Assembly: GCA_050486505.1 (NCBI GenBank)
Contig: JBJHDK010000065.1
Span: 1 to 12,338 of the forward strand
DNA: 12,338 nucleotides
From: Fibrobacteria bacterium
GTDB taxonomy: Bacteria; Fibrobacterota; Fibrobacteria; UBA11236
Reading direction: 5' to 3'
Shown here: positions 8,655-12,338 of the stretch, in pieces
How the letters are laid out: every line of letters begins with the position of its first letter
How positions within the stretch are numbered: position 1 is the stretch's first letter
The notes under the pieces: model-generated
What the model was told of the DNA's origin: nothing
The model's input: only the letters and a program-made list of their open reading frames with translations
Databases searched by the model: none
Program-made: the position numbers and the translations under genes

Positions 8655-8890
8655 TCCTCCTGGTCGAACGTCGTGGGCACTTCGCCATCAAGTTGAATGT
8701 CCTTGCCTTTTTTGGAGTCTGCCGCGAAGGCGTCTTCCCACCCCTGCCGGGCTTTTCGGGGATGATGCAGAACCAAATCGGTTCCTTGGACCTCAAGCTC
8801 GACCGCGTCCGAGAAGCCGCACTGCTCGAAAACCGCCTTGGGGATGCGAATTCCCCGTGAATTGCCGATGCGAATGATGTCCACTTTCAT
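8642..8890 (-). CDS. mazE: AbrB/MazE/SpoVT-family antitoxin (82 aa)
   Basis: MKVDIIRIGNSRGIRIPKA..VELEV..LVL..PRKARQGWEDAF..FDQEEWEW. The real start is ATG 8890; the ORF-track extension to 9088 overlaps the neighbouring gene. Confidence 0.92.
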   Translation of the reverse strand: MKVDIIRIGNSRGIRIPKAVFEQCGFSDAVELEVQGTDLVLHHPRKARQGWEDAFAADSKKGKDIQLDGEVPTTFDQEEWEW

Positions 8891-8899
8891 AGTGGATAC

Positions 8900-8927
8900 A
8901 ATGTAATTACACGAAAAGACCTGGCAA
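8900..8927 (-). promoter_or_regulatory. mazEF sigma70-type promoter with overlapping palindromic operator
   Basis: Minus strand TTGCCA (8927-8922), 16 nt, TACATT (8905-8900), 9 nt, ATG. The perfect palindrome TGTAATTACA (8902-8911) overlaps the -10 box, as expected for antitoxin autorepression. Confidence 0.7.
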
Positions 8928-8939
8928 GGATCGCAATAG

Positions 8940-8957
8940 CGGGAACCGCGTCCCCTA
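8940..8957. repeat. Imperfect direct repeat, copy 2 (hairpin GGGA-ACCGCG-TCCC next to the OMP stop)
   Basis: CGGGAACCGCGTCCCCTA; see copy 1 at 8309-8327. Confidence 0.55.
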
Positions 8958-9857
8958 CAAAAACACCTCCAACTGCGCGCGGGCGATGAGCGTGTGGAAC
9001 ACCACGCTCTCCCTGCCGGCCGGCACGGTGTGCGCGTCGTTCTCGAAGCCCACACCCGCATCGAACCACGGCGTCCGGAACCCTCCACGCATGCGCAGGT
9101 TCACCTTCACCAAGTTCCACGCCGTCTCATGTTCCCCGTCCCAGGCGCGCACCTGGGCACCGTACCCCGCGAACAACGCCGGGTCGAAATAAAACCCTGC
9201 CGCATTGGTCGACAGGGCGAACCCCGCTCCCGCGAACACACTGTACGCATCGAGGCTTCGCGTCTGATGAAACACCGACTCCCCTGTCCCCCACTTGCGC
9301 AACAGCGGCGTGTCGCTGCGCAGACGGTTGCGCGTCGCGCCCAGCATCCAGAACAGGTCGGCGCGACCGCCCTGTTGCTGCAGGCCGTTGGACAAGCTGC
9401 TCACGCGCGAATCCGGATCCATCGCGCGGTAGAACGTCAGCGCGGTTGCTCGCAACGTCATGTCGGGAAAATAGGCGCCGGGGGTTCCCGGTGTTTCAGG
9501 CTCCGCATAAAAGCCGCGCGTGTCGTGATGCATCAAATCAGCGCCCCACGTGCTGCCGTGATAGAAGGTCCGGAAGTCCCCCGACCTGCGGGGAGCAACG
9601 AGGCGGCTCGCCCCCCGGTCGAACCCTTGAAGGGGAACACTGAAAGACGCGCCGAAGTTGCCGTAACGCGCCTCGAATCCGGGTCGGGCGACCTGACGCG
9701 GCAGCAGTTGCACGCGCCCGAGCGAGGTCGTCGTCTCGAGGTCGATGACGGGATGCGATGCGCCCACATAGGTCGCCACGCGCACGTCGTGATCCCGCGC
9801 ATGAAGCAACCCGGCCAACAGGGCCGACAAAACGATCACGTGTCGCGTCCACCGCAT
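8955..9857 (-). CDS. Putative outer-membrane beta-barrel protein, DUF4421-like (300 aa)
   Basis: Signal peptide MRWTRHVIVLSALLAGLLHA, alternating amphipathic strands (GFEARYGNFGASFS, YSVFAGAGFALS, FYFDPALFAGYG, VNLRMRGGF) and a C-terminal ARAQLEVFL beta-signal-like end. The pattern GADLMHHDTRGFY..PDM recalls DUF4421 (recognition only, no search run). Confidence 0.65.
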   Translation of the reverse strand: MRWTRHVIVLSALLAGLLHARDHDVRVATYVGASHPVIDLETTTSLGRVQLLPRQVARPGFEARYGNFGASFSVPLQGFDRGASRLVAPRRSGDFRTFYHGSTWGADLMHHDTRGFYAEPETPGTPGAYFPDMTLRATALTFYRAMDPDSRVSSLSNGLQQQGGRADLFWMLGATRNRLRSDTPLLRKWGTGESVFHQTRSLDAYSVFAGAGFALSTNAAGFYFDPALFAGYGAQVRAWDGEHETAWNLVKVNLRMRGGFRTPWFDAGVGFENDAHTVPAGRESVVFHTLIARAQLEVFL

Positions 9858-9863
9858 GGGGGG

Positions 9864-9869
9864 AAGGTA
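9864..9869 (-). promoter_or_regulatory. Putative -10 box TACCTT, 6 nt before the OMP ATG
   Basis: Minus strand ATG-TACCTT-CCCCCC-ATG; the 11-mer TGTACCTTCCC is identical to the one before porU. Confidence 0.55.
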
Positions 9870-9932
9870 CATGTGGAACGGGGAGCGGGGATGCCCGGGG
9901 AAGGGCTATTGCGATTTGTTACAGGGCGGACA

Positions 9933-10092
9933 GGGAGAGAATTAAGAATTACGAATGAAAGCGGAGCGCTTTGATGACGGAGATCCGGGAGGTCACTGGA
10001 TTGGCCTCTGGACGCCTCACACAAGCATCGTCCTTGTGTTCAATTCTTAATTCCTAATTCTTAATTCTTAATTCCTAATTCCCAGCTCTCCC
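9933..10092. repeat. Long hairpin element A with complementary heptamer-array arms
   Basis: Left arm: GGGAGA + GAATTAA GAATTAC GAATGAA (9933-9959). Right arm: TCAATTC TTAATTC CTAATTC TTAATTC TTAATTC CTAATTC (10040-10081) + CCAG + CTCTCCC (10086-10092). The ~80-nt spacer contains ACACAAG-N7-CTTGTGT (10019-10039). Confidence 0.8.
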
Positions 10093-10093
10093 G

Positions 10094-11728
10094 TCAGTAC
10101 TTGAACTCCCCCGCGTTGATGCCGAAACGCTGCAGGGCATAGCGCAGCTGCCGCAGCGAAACCCCCAGCATGCGGGCGGCATGGGTCTGGATCCCCCCCG
10201 CATTGTGCATCGCCTCGCGGATGTCCTTCTCGCGCAACGGCACCCGCTCATACGGCTGGCGTTCGCGGGAGCGTCCCTGCATCGGACCGAAACTCACCAC
10301 CCCCCCCGGCGTCTCTACCTCATGCGCGGGCAATGAAGCCGGGGCCGCCGCGGGAAGGCCGGGCGCCGTCTCGCGCGGTGGCGCGACCAGGGTTTCCAGG
10401 ATCGGGATGTCGCGCGGGGTCAATGTCCCCTCCCCCGCCAGCACCACCGTGCGCTCGATGGTGTTTTCCAGCTCACGCACGTTTCCGGGCCAGGAGTACC
10501 CCTCGAGGAACTCCATCACCTCGCGCGACATGGAGATGCGCTTGTTGTACTTGGCGGTAAACCTCTTCAGGAAGTAACTGCACAGGGGCAGAATATCCTC
10601 CCGACGGCTGCGCAGCGACGGCACCTGCACCGGGACCACCATGAGTCGGTAATACAGGTCTTCGCGGAACTCCTTGTTGCGGATCTGCTCCTCGAGGTTG
10701 GCGTTGGTCGCGCAGATCAACCGAACGTTCACCGTCAGCGTCTTCGAGGAGCCTACCCGCTCGAAGGTGCCGTCCTGGATCACCCGCAGCAGCTTGGCTT
10801 GGGTCTCGAGCGGCAACTCACCGATCTCGTCGAGGAAAAGCGTGCCGCCGTCGGCCGCCTCGAAGCGCCCGGTGCGTTGCGCGAAGGCTCCGGTGAACGC
10901 GCCCTTTTCGTGGCCGAAGAGCTCGCTTTCGATCAGGGTCGACGGCAGCGAAGCGCAATTCACGATCACGAACGGATCTTGCTTGCGCGGGCTCGAGACG
11001 TGGATCGCGCGCGCCAGCAGCGACTTGCCCGTCCCGCTCTCGCCGCGCAACAGCACCGTCGCCTCGGTGCCCGCCACGCGGCGTACCATCTCGAGTGTCT
11101 TCGCCATCGCGGAGGAGTCCGCGATCATGTTTTCGGGACTGAAGCGCTCCTGTAATTCGAGTTGCAGCTCCTTGTTCTCCTGCACGAGGCGACTGTTCTC
11201 CTCGCGGATCATCTCGGCGATGCGCAGCGTCTGCGACAACAACGAGGCCACGATCTTCATCACCGTGATGTCCTCGTCCACCATCGTGGTGGAGCGCGAC
11301 GTGCGATGCGCCGTGATGACACCCACCGGACGTCCGTCAAGCAACACCGGCACGGCGATGAACCCGATGCGATACAGGTTGAACTCCTCGGGGCTGTTCT
11401 TTGGCGTGGGCACGCCCTGCATGTCGCCCGCATCGGGCAACGCCATCGGCATGCCGGAACTGTAGACCTTGCCGACAAAATCCTCGCCGACTTTGTACAC
11501 GGATTCGCGGATCTCCTCGGGCGAAAACCCGATGCTCGCCTTGATGGTCAAATGCCTGCGATCCGGGGTCGGCATGAGCAAGGTGCCGCGCTCAAGATCA
11601 AGAATGTCGGAGATGAGGTAGAGACACTGTCTGGCCACCTCGGTGTAGTCAAGGGAGGAGCTGAAAAGCTTGCTGATTTCGGTCAGCGCGGCGAGGGTTC
11701 TCGCCTGATGGACCATAAAGTCTTTCAT
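10094..11728 (-). CDS. NifA-like sigma54-dependent transcriptional activator (GAF + AAA+ + Fis-type HTH; 544 aa)
   Basis: N-terminal GAF ([34 protein letters not shown]), Walker [24 protein letters not shown], Walker [58 protein letters not shown] precedes the ATG. The family is certain; orthology to true NifA is not. Confidence 0.9.
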   Translation of the reverse strand: MKDFMVHQARTLAALTEISKLFSSSLDYTEVARQCLYLISDILDLERGTLLMPTPDRRHLTIKASIGFSPEEIRESVYKVGEDFVGKVYSSGMPMALPDAGDMQGVPTPKNSPEEFNLYRIGFIAVPVLLDGRPVGVITAHRTSRSTTMVDEDITVMKIVASLLSQTLRIAEMIREENSRLVQENKELQLELQERFSPENMIADSSAMAKTLEMVRRVAGTEATVLLRGESGTGKSLLARAIHVSSPRKQDPFVIVNCASLPSTLIESELFGHEKGAFTGAFAQRTGRFEAADGGTLFLDEIGELPLETQAKLLRVIQDGTFERVGSSKTLTVNVRLICATNANLEEQIRNKEFREDLYYRLMVVPVQVPSLRSRREDILPLCSYFLKRFTAKYNKRISMSREVMEFLEGYSWPGNVRELENTIERTVVLAGEGTLTPRDIPILETLVAPPRETAPGLPAAAPASLPAHEVETPGGVVSFGPMQGRSRERQPYERVPLREKDIREAMHNAGGIQTHAARMLGVSLRQLRYALQRFGINAGEFKY

Positions 11729-11737
11729 GACACCCCC

Positions 11738-11787
11738 GTTTTGTCAATCAATGTAATCCAAGAATTGACAAAACACCATTTTGTCAA
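11738..11787. promoter_or_regulatory. Three TTGACAAAA half-sites forming two overlapping inverted repeats (probable operator)
   Basis: GTTTTGTCAAT (11738-11748)-N15-ATTGACAAAAC (11764-11774), and TTGACAAAA (11765-11773)-N5-TTTTGTCAA (11779-11787), 10-60 nt upstream of the activator start. Confidence 0.7.
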
Positions 11788-11861
11788 AAGCTGTCGAGTA
11801 TTCCGCACGTTTTTCGCCACTCACAACCAATTTGGAGCAAAAGCGGGGCCAACGGGGAGAG

Positions 11862-12037
11862 AGTAGGGACTGGGTAGGAGGTAGGAGGTAGCGGGTGACA
11901 GGTGGGAGCTTCGATGTCGTTTCGTTGTTCGGACGCGCGTTGGAGCCATCACCACAGCATCGCCCCAACGACTTCAGCTGACCCCTCTTACCTGATCCCT
12001 CTTGCCCGATCCCTCCTAGCCCCTACCCATACCTACT
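11862..12037. repeat. Long hairpin element B with complementary heptamer-array arms
   Basis: Left arm: AGTAGGG ACTGGGT AGGAGGT AGGAGGT AGCGGGT GACAGGT GGGAGCT (11862-11910). Reverse complement of the right arm (11976-12037): AGTAGGT ATGGGT AGGGGCT AGGAGGG ATCGGGC AAGAGGG ATCAGGT AAGAGGG GTCAGCT. The stem continues inward as GTCGTT/AACGAC. Confidence 0.72.
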
Positions 12038-12042
12038 ACCTT
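12037..12042 (+). promoter_or_regulatory. Putative -10 box TACCTT, 8 nt before ATG 12051
   Basis: TACCTT-GTCCCACC-ATG; pyrimidine-rich context with no SD. Confidence 0.5.
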
Positions 12043-12050
12043 GTCCCACC

Positions 12051-12338
12051 ATGAACATTCGCATTGAAACCACCGAAAAAGACGCAAAAACATCCCCTTT
12101 CACCGTCCTGTTTGCTGAAGGCAAGGAAATCCTGGGGGGCCTCCCCGCAGCCGACGCGGCGCTTTGGGGAGCTTCCGTGGCAGCCCTCCTCAAAGGCCAG
12201 GAATCGAAGGAGATCTCCGTCGAAACGGAACTGTTCCAGGACGGGGATCGCCGCCTTCTCGTGGCCCAGCTTCCGAAGAAAAAGGGCCTCGATCGCGGCG
12301 AGCGCCTGCGTCTCGCCGCGGGCGCCGCGCTCGACGCG
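12051..12338 (+). CDS. 5' part (96 codons, runs off the window) of a probable leucyl aminopeptidase, M17 N-terminal domain
   Basis: Not in the ORF track because it has no stop in the window. Open frame MNIRIETTEKDAKTSPFTVLFAEGKEIL...RRLLVAQLPKKKGLDRGERLRLAAGAALDA; RRLLVA..LD..ERLRLAAGAA resembles the PepA N-domain. The catalytic domain is not visible. Confidence 0.55.
   Translation, partial: MNIRIETTEKDAKTSPFTVLFAEGKEILGGLPAADAALWGASVAALLKGQESKEISVETELFQDGDRRLLVAQLPKKKGLDRGERLRLAAGAALDA

Noticed and set aside
8298..8957. mazEF as an integron gene cassette
   Set aside because: No RYYYAAC...GTTRRRY attC structure and no integrase in the window; the flanking repeats are too short for attC.
8994..9974. 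326-aa plus-strand ORF antisense to the OMP
   Set aside because: Shadow ORF; the minus frame has a signal peptide and a beta-barrel pattern.
10040..10081. Tandem repeat as a possible CRISPR array
   Set aside because: 7-nt units with no spacers and no cas genes; treated as the arm of a hairpin element.
11803..11817. Plus-strand CCGCACGTTTTTCGC as a sigma54 promoter for the rightward gene
   Set aside because: Lacks the invariant GG at -24.
11744..11968. Small ORFs (74 aa here, 62 aa at 9836-10024) crossing the heptamer elements
   Set aside because: Low-complexity translations of repeats and operator DNA, with no RBS or family motif.

Overview
High-GC bacterial chromosomal window. It is probably from the FCB group, and Fibrobacterota is my best guess by inference from PorU, a FlgD/T9SS-type C-terminal domain and the cmk-rpsA arrangement. 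Left to right: a PorU-like C25 (gingipain-family) T9SS sortase (-), rpsA (-), cmk (-), then a small accessory block. That block holds a low-GC lipoprotein (-), a hicBA toxin-antitoxin pair (+) converging on a mazEF/pemIK pair (-), and a DUF4421-like outer-membrane protein (-). Next come a NifA-like GAF-AAA-HTH sigma54 activator (-) and the divergent 5' end of a probable M17 leucyl aminopeptidase (+). The main non-coding signals are: (i) six genes have a TANNNT box 6-9 nt before the start codon and no Shine-Dalgarno, suggesting leaderless transcription; (ii) the NifA-like gene is bracketed by two long hairpins whose arms are complementary 7-mer arrays and whose loops share a motif; (iii) mazEF is bounded by an imperfect 18-19 bp direct repeat that starts at stop codons, and the OMP gene by an 11-bp inverted repeat; (iv) a triple TTGACAAAA operator lies upstream of the NifA-like gene; (v) REP-like palindromes follow porU and rpsA. 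I see no RNA gene, CRISPR array, transposase or integrase. All family calls are from motif recognition, not database searches.
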